From positions 63,706 through 127,705 of the IMG/VR virus record IMGVR_UViG_2772190661_000001: 64,000 nucleotides of DNA; one strand, 5' to 3'. This DNA comes from a virus. Taxonomy: Duplodnaviria; Caudoviricetes. Positions 18,892-26,398 of this stretch are shown here, piece by piece (the stretch's first letter is position 1; the number at the start of each line of letters is the position of its first letter). The notes beneath the pieces are model-generated. The model saw only the letters and a program-made list of their open reading frames with translations, ran no database searches and was not told the origin of the DNA. The position numbers and the translations under genes were made by a program.

Positions 18892-19604
18892 AGGGCACCG
18901 ACCGTGATTACGTCGGCCCCGTGCGGGAGTTGCTCGTCGCGGTGCGCGCCTGCGGTCGGGACCTTGCAGACGAGGCAGTGCCGGCGTACGTCTGGGAGCG
19001 GCCGTCCGGCGAGCGCGGCCTCGACCTCGGCGTTGAGGACGTCACCGACGGGCAGGCCGCAGCCGTTGCAGGCGCGCTTGGCGGTGATCCGCCGGTCCTC
19101 GGCTACATCAACGGGCAGGTCCGGGGACCAGGTGCGGGTCGGGTGGAGCTGCGACAGGTCGACGATGACGAGGGTCAGCGACCCGACCGGCTTGGAGATC
19201 GACCCAAGATGCGGGTACGGCCCGTCGAGGTGAGTTGGGTTGTCGTCCGGGATCATGCCGATGCCGGGCGCGTGGGCGGGCTTCTTCCCGCCGCGGACGA
19301 ACGCCGGCCCGAGCGCGTCCACGGACGGCTTGGCGGCATCGGTCCAGTTCCCGAGGATGTCCCGGCCGCGGTTCGTCGTCGGCCGGATGATCGCGTCGAC
19401 CCGGATGCGGTGCAGCCCGGTCGGGAGCTTCGCGTACTGGGCGAGCTGGTAGGTCACGTCCCGCCAGGCCTTCGTCACGCGGGCCTTCTCGCGCGAGTGC
19501 CCGCGGACGTTCGCGGTCAGGAACCCGCAGCCGGGGTCGTTGACGGTGATGGTCCAGGTGCGCGGGGCCGCGCCGTGGTGCGCGGACCCCGTCTCAATAC
19601 TCAT
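18888..19604 (-). CDS. RusA-like Holliday junction resolvase with C-terminal Zn module
   Basis: RD..N....K..VDAL...IPDD motif pattern. Confidence 0.65.
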   Translation of the reverse strand: MSIETGSAHHGAAPRTWTITVNDPGCGFLTANVRGHSREKARVTKAWRDVTYQLAQYAKLPTGLHRIRVDAIIRPTTNRGRDILGNWTDAAKPSVDALGPAFVRGGKKPAHAPGIGMIPDDNPTHLDGPYPHLGSISKPVGSLTLVIVDLSQLHPTRTWSPDLPVDVAEDRRITAKRACNGCGLPVGDVLNAEVEAALAGRPLPDVRRHCLVCKVPTAGAHRDEQLPHGADVITVGAL

Positions 19605-20671
19605 CAGGCGTCGGCCTGCTGCTCGCTAGCCCGGTTCAGGGCACGGATGAGCTGGTCGGCGTCGGCCTGGGTCAGCTCGTCGGTCGACTCCACCGACAGC
19701 CCGCCGAGCTCCTTCGCGACGATCGCCATCCGGGCGGCGTGGTTGTCGTCGCCCGCGTAGCCGAGCTTCGTCCACAGGCGGGTCAGGGCGGCCTTCTGCT
19801 GCGGCTGGATCGGTCCCGGCGCGGCCGGCGGGCCCGACACCGGCCGGTCTGCCGCGGGCGGTCCGGACACCGGGTCGATGACCTCACCCTCGAAGACCGG
19901 GTGGTCGGTGGCCTCGGCCGGGTCGGTGCCGGGGTTGATGTCGACACGGACACCGTCGTCGGCAGCGAGGGCAACCGCCAGCTCGGTCGACTTCGGCATG
20001 TACTTCGCGAGCTGCCGGACGACGGACTTGTGGGCCATGCCCTCGAAGTGGTCGACCCACGGGCCGAAGACCTTGCCGTCCTTGTTCTTCGCGGTCGCGT
20101 TCTTGTCCCGGTACTTGAGCATGTCGCGGTGGGACATGACGAAGAACGCGTGCCCGCCGCCGACGAACTTCACGACCGCGTAGTAGGCGATCGGGTCGCC
20201 GCGGTCCTCGAACAGGTTCGGCTTGTGCTTCAGGGTGTCGGCGAGCCCGTACTCGACGTCGAACTCGTCGTTCGCGTACACGGTCCGGGCGATCAGCGAC
20301 TGGATCTTCCCGGAGCGGTGGGCCAGCTCGATCAGGCCCTGGTAGCCGATCACGAGCTGCGCCTTGTAGCCCTTGTTCTTGCCGTCCCAGAACGGCAGCA
20401 GCCACGCGTGCCCGAGCACACCCGGCCGGAGCCCCAGCTGGGCGCACGTCATCAGCGACCCGAGGACCGAGGTCTCCTCGCACCTGGCGAGGTTCTTCGT
20501 CATCCGCATCGCCGTCAGGGCGTCCCGGACGAGCTGGACGGCCTCTGCGCCCTTCGGCATCGCGGCCTGGAACTGGGACTCCATCGACCGGATCCGGTCG
20601 GAGATCGAGCTGGTGGCGACACCACCGTTCTCACGGCGGGTAGCAAGGGCGGCAGCAGCAGCGTTGGTCAT
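19604..20671 (-). CDS. recT: RecT family single-strand annealing protein
   Basis: AQLGLRPGVLGHAWLLPF, AQLVIGYQGLIELAHRSG, W..HFEGMAHKSVVR. Confidence 0.95.
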   Translation of the reverse strand: MTNAAAAALATRRENGGVATSSISDRIRSMESQFQAAMPKGAEAVQLVRDALTAMRMTKNLARCEETSVLGSLMTCAQLGLRPGVLGHAWLLPFWDGKNKGYKAQLVIGYQGLIELAHRSGKIQSLIARTVYANDEFDVEYGLADTLKHKPNLFEDRGDPIAYYAVVKFVGGGHAFFVMSHRDMLKYRDKNATAKNKDGKVFGPWVDHFEGMAHKSVVRQLAKYMPKSTELAVALAADDGVRVDINPGTDPAEATDHPVFEGEVIDPVSGPPAADRPVSGPPAAPGPIQPQQKAALTRLWTKLGYAGDDNHAARMAIVAKELGGLSVESTDELTQADADQLIRALNRASEQQADA

Positions 20672-21657
20672 TTGGCGAGATCCTTTACGGAGAGGGAGCG
20701 GCTGGGGGATTTGCGGTAAAGCTCGGGGTTCGGCATCGGCACGCCGGCGGCCTCGGCCAGGTCGGCGGCGAGACGCGGCCAGTCGACGTGCCCGGTCTTG
20801 CTCGACCAGGCGACGGCGACCCGGCCGCCGAGCTGGCCTTTCTCGTTCTCGGCGAGGAGCTTCTTCAGCCCGGCGCCCGCGGTCTCCTTCGCGGCCTTGC
20901 CCGCCTTCTCGGCCTCAAGGCCGGCGAGGTAGGCGGCGTGGAGTTCCTCGGCATCGGTGCCGTCGAGGTCGACCTGCTTGCCGTTCGGGACCGGGTAGAG
21001 CGCGGCGAGTGCCTTGTTGTCGACCGCGCCGAGCGGCGGCTCGATCCCGTCGACGATGTGCTCGTCACGCCACGCGGCGACCTGCTCGACCATGTCCGCC
21101 TCGACGTCCAGGTCCCGGACGACCGTGCGCCGGATCAGGCCGTGGCCGGCAGCGAGCGCGATCAGTTCGACGGCGGGCCGGTCGAGGACGTGCATGGACC
21201 AGCGGCACTGGAACTCGTAGCCGAGCGGAATCCCGCCGTCGTCCCAGCCCTTCGCCGCACCCCAGCCCGAGGCGAGCCCGGCGGTCTTCGCCTCGACGAG
21301 CCGGCCGTCGGCGACCTCGGCGTCAGGAGAACACAGCCGCCACCCGTGGACCGGGTGCGCGTACATGCGATGGCCGGTCCGGCCGACGGGGGCGCCGATG
21401 AGCCGGGCGGCCTGGTCGACGATCCACGGCTCCAGCGCGGTCCCGAGATCCGATGCGGCGGTCGCGTCGTCGTCGGCCCAGGACCGGACGCCGGTCTTCT
21501 CCGCCCACACGTCCCACGGCGTCCGGTAGCTGGAGAAGCCGAGCACCGCGGAGATGTCCGAGCCGCCGAGCCCGCGGGTGCGGGCCAGGCGCCATTCGTC
21601 GTCGGTGGCGTCCCAGCTGGAGACCGGGACTGCGAGGGCGGGCATGGTCGCGGTCAT
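20668..21657 (-). CDS. YqaJ / lambda-exonuclease family (RecE partner)
   Basis: W...RTRGLGGSD, SPDA, EAKT, YEFQC. Confidence 0.93.
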   Translation of the reverse strand: MTATMPALAVPVSSWDATDDEWRLARTRGLGGSDISAVLGFSSYRTPWDVWAEKTGVRSWADDDATAASDLGTALEPWIVDQAARLIGAPVGRTGHRMYAHPVHGWRLCSPDAEVADGRLVEAKTAGLASGWGAAKGWDDGGIPLGYEFQCRWSMHVLDRPAVELIALAAGHGLIRRTVVRDLDVEADMVEQVAAWRDEHIVDGIEPPLGAVDNKALAALYPVPNGKQVDLDGTDAEELHAAYLAGLEAEKAGKAAKETAGAGLKKLLAENEKGQLGGRVAVAWSSKTGHVDWPRLAADLAEAAGVPMPNPELYRKSPSRSLSVKDLAK

Positions 21658-21938
21658 CGCCGAGCCTCCTGGTTCAGACCGTCGGCGACGGACACCATGA
21701 GCGCCCGAAGCCGGCGGTTCTCAGCGCGCAGCGACTCGACCTCGATCCGCAGGTCGGCGATGTCCTCGCGCAGGTCCGCCTCGCGGCAGTCACAGCCGAC
21801 GCGGTGGTCGGCGCACGCCGTGTAGCGCGGGTCCAGGGTGTTGACCGGCGGCGTGTAGTCGCTGGTCGAGCCGTCCGAGAACGTGACGGTGTCGGTACGG
21901 ACGGGCTTTCGTTCGGCGAGGGACGGCAGGCGGGTCAC
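21654..21938 (-). CDS. Phage hypothetical protein (coiled coil)
   Basis: Coupled ORF. Confidence 0.55.
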   Translation of the reverse strand: MTRLPSLAERKPVRTDTVTFSDGSTSDYTPPVNTLDPRYTACADHRVGCDCREADLREDIADLRIEVESLRAENRRLRALMVSVADGLNQEARR

Positions 21939-22126
21939 AGGTCCACCGCCCGCTGGAAGCGCGCGTCGGCGGCGATCTCGGCGCTGACGCACGCGGGCTG
22001 CTCACACCCGGACAGCAGGCCGGCGACGGGCCGCTGGCAGTACGGGCAGGTGACCGACTGCTGGGCGGCGCGCGCGGTCCGGACCCGCTCGATCAGGCCG
22101 GTGACGGCCGTGGTCAGCGCGGTCAC
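21935..22126 (-). CDS. Phage hypothetical protein (CPYC)
   Basis: Coupled ORF. Confidence 0.5.
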   Translation of the reverse strand: MTALTTAVTGLIERVRTARAAQQSVTCPYCQRPVAGLLSGCEQPACVSAEIAADARFQRAVDL

Positions 22127-22404
22127 AGCGCCACCACCAGCGCGGCAGCGGTCTCCTCGACCAGGGCGGCCCGGTCCAGCACCTCGACGTGGGTGAGGCT
22201 GACCGCGCCGGAGCAGCCCGAGATCCAGGCGACCGCGGTGTGCCCACCGAGGACCGTGGACGGGTGGTAGACCCGACCAACGCCGGACGGCGGGCCCTGG
22301 CGGCCACTCCGCCAGTAGCGGACCAGCATGCCGACCGGCGCCATCTCGTTGAACGCGTCCGCGGCGTCCTGCGCGGTGGCGGGGTTCTTCAGCTCGACGG
22401 TCAC
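22123..22404 (-). CDS. Phage hypothetical protein
   Basis: FN...PVG..VRY...VLGGHTAVAWI.G.SGAVSLTHV, a recurrent phage family. Confidence 0.6.
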   Translation of the reverse strand: MTVELKNPATAQDAADAFNEMAPVGMLVRYWRSGRQGPPSGVGRVYHPSTVLGGHTAVAWISGCSGAVSLTHVEVLDRAALVEETAAALVVAL

Positions 22405-22763
22405 AGCGCCACCGCCGTCGCGTCCCACGCGGCCTGGATCCGGGCGTGCGAGGCAGCCTGCGCCGCCGACCGGGCCGGGTCCGCGGCCAGCTCGGCGCGG
22501 GCCTGCTCGGCGTCGGCGCGCCGCTTTGCCTGCCCGGCCTGCAGCGTCTCGACGGCGGCAGCCCGCTCGTCCTCGTTCAGGTGCGCAACCGCGTCACGGC
22601 GGGGCTTGTGGAACTGCACCTGATAGCCGGTGCGGCTGCGGCAGTGGATACCCGGCCTGGCGTTGCAGGTCTTGCACGTCTCGGTGATCGGGGCCAGCGC
22701 TGCCGCGGCCACGCGGCGGTAGAGGAGGAATGCGGCGCTCGGGCGCTCCGGGGCGATCGTCAT
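22401..22763 (-). CDS. Zinc-finger phage protein
   Basis: CKTCNARPGIHC...FHKPR. Confidence 0.65.
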   Translation of the reverse strand: MTIAPERPSAAFLLYRRVAAAALAPITETCKTCNARPGIHCRSRTGYQVQFHKPRRDAVAHLNEDERAAAVETLQAGQAKRRADAEQARAELAADPARSAAQAASHARIQAAWDATAVAL

Positions 22764-23194
22764 GCCGCACCGCCGACGAGCATCTGCGCGCGGACGAACA
22801 GCACCTCGTCGTCAGCCCACGACGTCGGACCGGACCGGGCCGCGACGAACTCGCGGACGATACCCTCCAACGCCAGCTCGCGCGCCGACGGCACCGGGGC
22901 GGGCTCGCCGCGGTCGTCCGGGCCGCCGTCGAAGTAGGCGCCGGCGCACTTCGGCGACCCGAACAGCATCCCGGCCGGGTCTTCGAACACGGTCCGCCCG
23001 TCGTGCCCGGACAGGTCGGCGTCGGTCGCGTCCAGGAATTGGCGGCCGCACTGGCAGAGGTCGTCGGCGAACACGATCATCGTCCCGGCCGGGCGGGCGG
23101 CGAGGTCCGCGGCGATCTCCGGGTTCGGGTGCCAGGCGACACACCGGACCTCGACCGGGGTGGCGGGACGGCGGGCGTGCTTCGGGGCGGTCAT
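22760..23194 (-). CDS. Phage hypothetical protein
   Basis: Coupled ORF. Confidence 0.5.
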   Translation of the reverse strand: MTAPKHARRPATPVEVRCVAWHPNPEIAADLAARPAGTMIVFADDLCQCGRQFLDATDADLSGHDGRTVFEDPAGMLFGSPKCAGAYFDGGPDDRGEPAPVPSARELALEGIVREFVAARSGPTSWADDEVLFVRAQMLVGGAA

Positions 23195-23628
23195 GCCGCC
23201 ACCTCCTGGGTGTCGGCGGTCCACGGGCCGGCGTGCACACTGCGAGACACGGCGACCACGCCCGGGATCAGAACGGCCAAGTCACGTGCGGCCCGCTCGT
23301 CCTGCTGCGGCCGAACGACGCCGTTCGGGAAGATGGCCGCCCACTCGACCTGGGTGGTCGAGCCGTTCGGGGTGGGCGTCGCGGCCCAGCCCTTCGGGAT
23401 CGCGGACAGCTGCAGGCCGACGGCGGCGAGTGCGGCCCGTAGGTCCTGGATGGAGGCGCGGCGCTCGCCGGCCTCGTGGGAGCGGTGCGTCGGGGCGAGC
23501 TTGCCGATCATCGCGGCGAACTTGTTGATGGACAGGCCGCGGGCTTCGCGCTGCTCGGCGACGAGGCGCCAGAGCGGGTCGGGCCCGGTGATATTGGTGG
23601 TTGTCGGTGTAGTCTGCTCAGCGAGCAT
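23191..23628 (-). CDS. XRE-family HTH protein
   Basis: REARGLSINKFAAMIG...HEAGERR. Confidence 0.75.
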   Translation of the reverse strand: MLAEQTTPTTTNITGPDPLWRLVAEQREARGLSINKFAAMIGKLAPTHRSHEAGERRASIQDLRAALAAVGLQLSAIPKGWAATPTPNGSTTQVEWAAIFPNGVVRPQQDERAARDLAVLIPGVVAVSRSVHAGPWTADTQEVAA

Positions 23629-23699
23629 CTCGGCGTCCTCTCAGGTGGACGGTTGAGCTGTGAAGCCCTGGCCGGTCGGACGGCCGGGGCTTCCTTGCG

Positions 23700-24035
23700 T
23701 TAAGCCGTGGCGACGCGCTTGGCGCGGCTACGGCCGCGGGTGCGCATGCCGGCGGCGACCTGGCGCATGGTGTTGCTGTCCGCGATCCGCTTCGCTTCCG
23801 CGGCGTTGGCCGCTTCGGTCGCCTGCCGGGTGTAGGCCTCGGCAGCCTTGTAGATCTGCTCGCGGGTCATGCCGTACGTGCCCTTGCGGTTTACGTGGTC
23901 GATGCGGCCGGCCTTGCACTCGTCCATGACGGAGCGGACGGTCCAGCCGGTTAGGTACTCGACCTGTTCCAGGGTGTAGACGAACGGGTCCGGGGCGCCG
24001 GGGATGAATAGCGGCTGCTCGATGACGTCGGTCAT
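23700..24035 (-). CDS. Excisionase-like HTH protein
   Basis: YTLEQVEYLTGWTVRSV...GRIDHV; second gene of the early operon. Confidence 0.65.
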   Translation of the reverse strand: MTDVIEQPLFIPGAPDPFVYTLEQVEYLTGWTVRSVMDECKAGRIDHVNRKGTYGMTREQIYKAAEAYTRQATEAANAAEAKRIADSNTMRQVAAGMRTRGRSRAKRVATA

Positions 24036-24274
24036 GCCGCGGCCGCCGTCGGCCCGGCCTTGAGGAGGTCGTCGTAGCTGACGCCGAGGGCGTCGGTGAT
24101 GCGGCCGTAGGTCGCGGGCTTCACGGTGGGCCGCTGGCCGCGTTCGATCTGCGCGACGTAGGAGACGGACAGGCCGATCGTGTCGGCGAGCTGGGTGATC
24201 GTGAGGCGCTTCCGCTGGCGCTGTTGGCGCATCTTCGCCCCGTCGACGCGGGGGCTGGCGTGCATGGGCTCCAT
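24032..24274 (-). CDS. Cro-like XRE HTH regulator
   Basis: RQRKRLTITQLADTIGLSVSYVAQIERG; first gene of the early operon. Confidence 0.85.
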   Translation of the reverse strand: MEPMHASPRVDGAKMRQQRQRKRLTITQLADTIGLSVSYVAQIERGQRPTVKPATYGRITDALGVSYDDLLKAGPTAAAA

Positions 24275-24282
24275 GAAGCAGA

Positions 24283-24311
24283 AGCGTACAGGATTGAGCA
24301 GGATTGAGCAG
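24283..24311 (-). promoter_or_regulatory. Early promoter -10 (TACGCT) with tandem 10-bp operator-like repeat
   Basis: CAGGATTGAG x2 (24289-24308) adjoining TACGCT, 8 nt before the cro ATG (near-leaderless). Confidence 0.5.
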
Positions 24312-24398
24312 CACTTGTCGCCAGCCTGTCGCCCGAGCGTGTTGCGGCCGGCCGCGCGCTGCAGTCAGGCAGCTCTGCGCAGCAGAAACCAGGGCAGC

Positions 24399-24463
24399 AA
24401 AAAACGCCGTGCCCCCACGGTGCCCCTAGAGTTTCTAGGAGCCCCATGAGGGCACGGCGTTTT
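24399..24463 (-). terminator. Long intrinsic terminator after tRNA-Arg
   Basis: 30-bp arms with 3 G-U pairs and 1 mismatch in the minus-strand RNA, ending in a U-tract. Confidence 0.8.
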
Positions 24464-24469
24464 AGCAGG

Positions 24470-24542
24470 TGCCTCTGGAGAGATTCGAACTCCCGACACC
24501 CGGATCCGTAATCCGGTGCTCTATCCGCTGAGCTACAGAGGC
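24470..24542 (-). tRNA. tRNA-Arg(ACG)
   Basis: GCCTCTG acceptor, CCGGA-TT-ACG-GA-TCCGG, GTTCGAA T-loop; no encoded CCA. Confidence 0.95.
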
Positions 24543-24543
24543 G

Positions 24544-24637
24544 TGGAGGAGAGTGAGGGATTCGAACCCTCGGCGGAGGTGTTCGCCCCCGCTACGGTGT
24601 AGCAAACCGCTGCCTTGGACCGCTCGGCCAACTCTCC
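24544..24637 (-). tRNA. tRNA-Ser(GCT)
   Basis: GGAGAGT acceptor, GCGGT-TT-GCT-AC-ACCGT, long variable arm, encoded CCA. Confidence 0.93.
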
Positions 24638-24654
24638 TTGCATTGCGAGAAACG

Positions 24655-24726
24655 CTGCGGGCGGAGGATTCGAACCTCCATCGTCCGGGTCAGAGCCGGA
24701 TGTGCTGCCGGTTGCACCAGCCCGCA
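24655..24726 (-). tRNA. tRNA-Gln(CTG)
   Basis: U1-A72, TCCGG-CT-CTG-AC-CCGGA. Confidence 0.9.
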
Positions 24727-24765
24727 CCGGGGCGTCCCGGGCCGTGATCGACACGGCCCGGGACG

Positions 24766-25203
24766 TCACAGGGCCATTGCCGCCCAGGTGGGGGCGACCG
24801 GCCGGAATCGCAGGGGCATGCGCGCCTCGACAGGCGTGCGGTCACCCTTGCGCTGGTTACAGGCGCCGCACGCGGCGGCCGTGTTCGCCCATGAGTTGCG
24901 GCCGCCGCGCGAGCGGGGCATCACGTGGTCGATCGTCGAGGCGTGGCCGCCGCAGTAGACGCAGCGACGGCCGTCCCGGACCAGCACGCCGGCCCGCGAC
25001 CAGCCGGGGCCACGCGAGTGCCGCCAGCGCGTCACCACGTAGCTGACCAGCCGCACCACGGTCGGCACCGGCCAGACGCCTATCTGCGAGTCGGGGTGCG
25101 ACTCGTGAACCTCCGCCACGCGGCGCACCAGCATCCGCACCGCGTGGCGGAGACTGACCCGGTGCAACGGGCCGAGGTCGGCGTTCAGCACCAGCACGTC
25201 CAC
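24766..25203 (-). CDS. HNH endonuclease within the tRNA operon
   Basis: VLVLNA N-terminus; RDGRRCVYCG...TIDHVMPRSRGG.NSWAN...C..CN..K. Confidence 0.95.
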   Translation of the reverse strand: MDVLVLNADLGPLHRVSLRHAVRMLVRRVAEVHESHPDSQIGVWPVPTVVRLVSYVVTRWRHSRGPGWSRAGVLVRDGRRCVYCGGHASTIDHVMPRSRGGRNSWANTAAACGACNQRKGDRTPVEARMPLRFRPVAPTWAAMAL

Positions 25204-25236
25204 CGGATCCTCCTTTCATGGGTTTGTCGAGGTGAG

Positions 25237-25307
25237 AGCGGTTACGGGGAGTCGAACCCCGGTCTGCTGCATGGCAAGCAGCCGCACTGCCGTTGTGCTA
25301 CAACCGC
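25237..25307 (-). tRNA. tRNA-Gly(GCC)
   Basis: GCGGTTG acceptor, GCTGC-TT-GCC-AT-GCAGC, U73. Confidence 0.92.
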
Positions 25308-25311
25308 ATCG

Positions 25312-25386
25312 TCGGGATGCCCGGATTCGAACCGGGGGCCTTCCGCTCCCAAAGCGGACGCGCTGACCAAGCTGCGCCACATCCCG
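25312..25386 (-). tRNA. tRNA-Pro(TGG)
   Basis: CGGGATG acceptor, TCCGC-TT-TGG-GA-GCGGA, A73. Confidence 0.94.
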
Positions 25387-25454
25387 TACTTAACCATCCG
25401 CTATGGAATTCTCAATCATCATTTCCGTGCGCATAAAATGCGCAGGACAAAGCG

Positions 25455-25527
25455 CACGGGCGGCAGGAGTCGAACCCGCAACCTACGGTTTTGGAGGCCG
25501 TTGCTCTACCAGTTGAGCTACACCCGT
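25455..25527 (-). tRNA. tRNA-Trp(CCA)
   Basis: ACGGGTG acceptor, ACGGC-CT-CCA-AA-ACCGT, G73. Confidence 0.92.
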
Positions 25528-25537
25528 ATGGGATACG

Positions 25538-25571
25538 AAAAACCGCCCGGTCCGATGTCGGACTCAGGCGG
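25538..25571 (-). terminator. Attenuator-type intrinsic terminator upstream of the first tRNA
   Basis: CCGCCTG-A-GTCCG-ACAT-CGGAC-CGGGCGG-TTTTT, 10 nt before tRNA-Trp. Confidence 0.8.
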
Positions 25572-25593
25572 CGCGTCTAGCCGGGTAGGCGTA

Positions 25594-25695
25594 CTACCCC
25601 AGGCGGCGCCGCTTGTCGGGACCTCGGACGGATGAACTCGGCTGCAGGCGCCAGGCAACACTCTTCGCCATTACTACGTTCTTCGACATCGCCAT
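25594..25695 (-). CDS. 33-aa leader peptide (uORF)
   Basis: AAGGAGG RBS then MAMSKNVVMAKSVAWRLQPSSSVRGPDKRRRLG*, ending 22 nt before the terminator stem. Confidence 0.65.
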   Translation of the reverse strand: MAMSKNVVMAKSVAWRLQPSSSVRGPDKRRRLG

Positions 25696-25736
25696 CGCCT
25701 CCTTCGTTTCGTCCGTCTCGCTCGGTGCTGGAATAC

Positions 25737-25774
25737 ACGTTAGTGACCCCGCACAACACGCACAACCAATTAAA
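25737..25774 (-). promoter_or_regulatory. SigA/HrdB promoter with upstream AT tract (WhiB7/WblC-like)
   Basis: TTTAATT-GG-TTGTGC-N17-TAACGT on the minus strand. Confidence 0.6.
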
Positions 25775-25827
25775 CGCGATTCCCACGGTACGCCCGCGGG
25801 AGCACCCGACAATCGCTGGTAGGGTGC

Positions 25828-26394
25828 GTGATCATGCGGCTCGGGAAGCAGATGCGCGCCCGCCGGAGCAGTGAGCTCGCGGCCCTGCGCGCCGAGGTCG
25901 CCGCGCTCCGCGCCGAGGTGGCGGCGCTCCGCCCGTCCCCGCCGCCGCCCGCCGACGACCTCGCACAGGATTACCGCACCTGGCGGGACGGCCCGCTGCT
26001 CCGGCTCGCGAAGGTGCTCACCCGCCGCGCCGGGTCCGACGCGCCCGCACCGGCCCGCGGCGCCGCGATGCACGCGCTCTGCCGGGTGCTCCTGACCCCG
26101 GCCACCGACGCGGAGACCCGGCACCGCCTGGTCGGCGACACCGTCACCGACCTGCTGGGCGACACCTCGTGGCGCAACGACGCGGCGCTCGTCCGTACCC
26201 TCATCGAGGCTCGTGACGGCGCCACACCGCTGCGCGACGCCGTCGCCGTGCACGAGTGGCTCTGGCCGGCCGGGGGCGTCGCGCTCGACCCGGCCCGGCA
26301 CGACATCCTGCCCGGCTCCGAGGGCGGCCGCGTCGTCGCGACCGCCGCCCCGGGCCTCCGTGGTGCCGTGTTACCGCTCGTCGTGGCCGGGTGA
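25828..26394 (+). CDS. Hypothetical protein with GrpE-like C-terminus
   Basis: N-terminal coiled coil; G..LDPARHD...GRVV....PGL...VL..V resembles the GrpE beta domain. Confidence 0.5.
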   Translation: MIMRLGKQMRARRSSELAALRAEVAALRAEVAALRPSPPPPADDLAQDYRTWRDGPLLRLAKVLTRRAGSDAPAPARGAAMHALCRVLLTPATDAETRHRLVGDTVTDLLGDTSWRNDAALVRTLIEARDGATPLRDAVAVHEWLWPAGGVALDPARHDILPGSEGGRVVATAAPGLRGAVLPLVVAG

Positions 26395-26398
26395 GCCG

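Larger units (their letters stand above)
1..24400 (-). mobile_element. Prophage, early/replication arm (continues off the left edge)
   Basis: About 40 tightly coupled (ATGA/GTGA-overlapping) minus-strand ORFs including RecT, YqaJ, DnaB, antirepressor, RusA-like, DUF5131, DUF6221 and Cro-like HTH. Confidence 0.93.

Noticed and set aside
25387-25454. Internal promoter TTGAGA-N17-TAAGTA between tRNA-Trp and tRNA-Pro
   Set aside because: The -10 would directly abut the tRNA 5' end, leaving no room for a start site; more likely a processing spacer with a TGCGCAT/ATGCGCA hairpin
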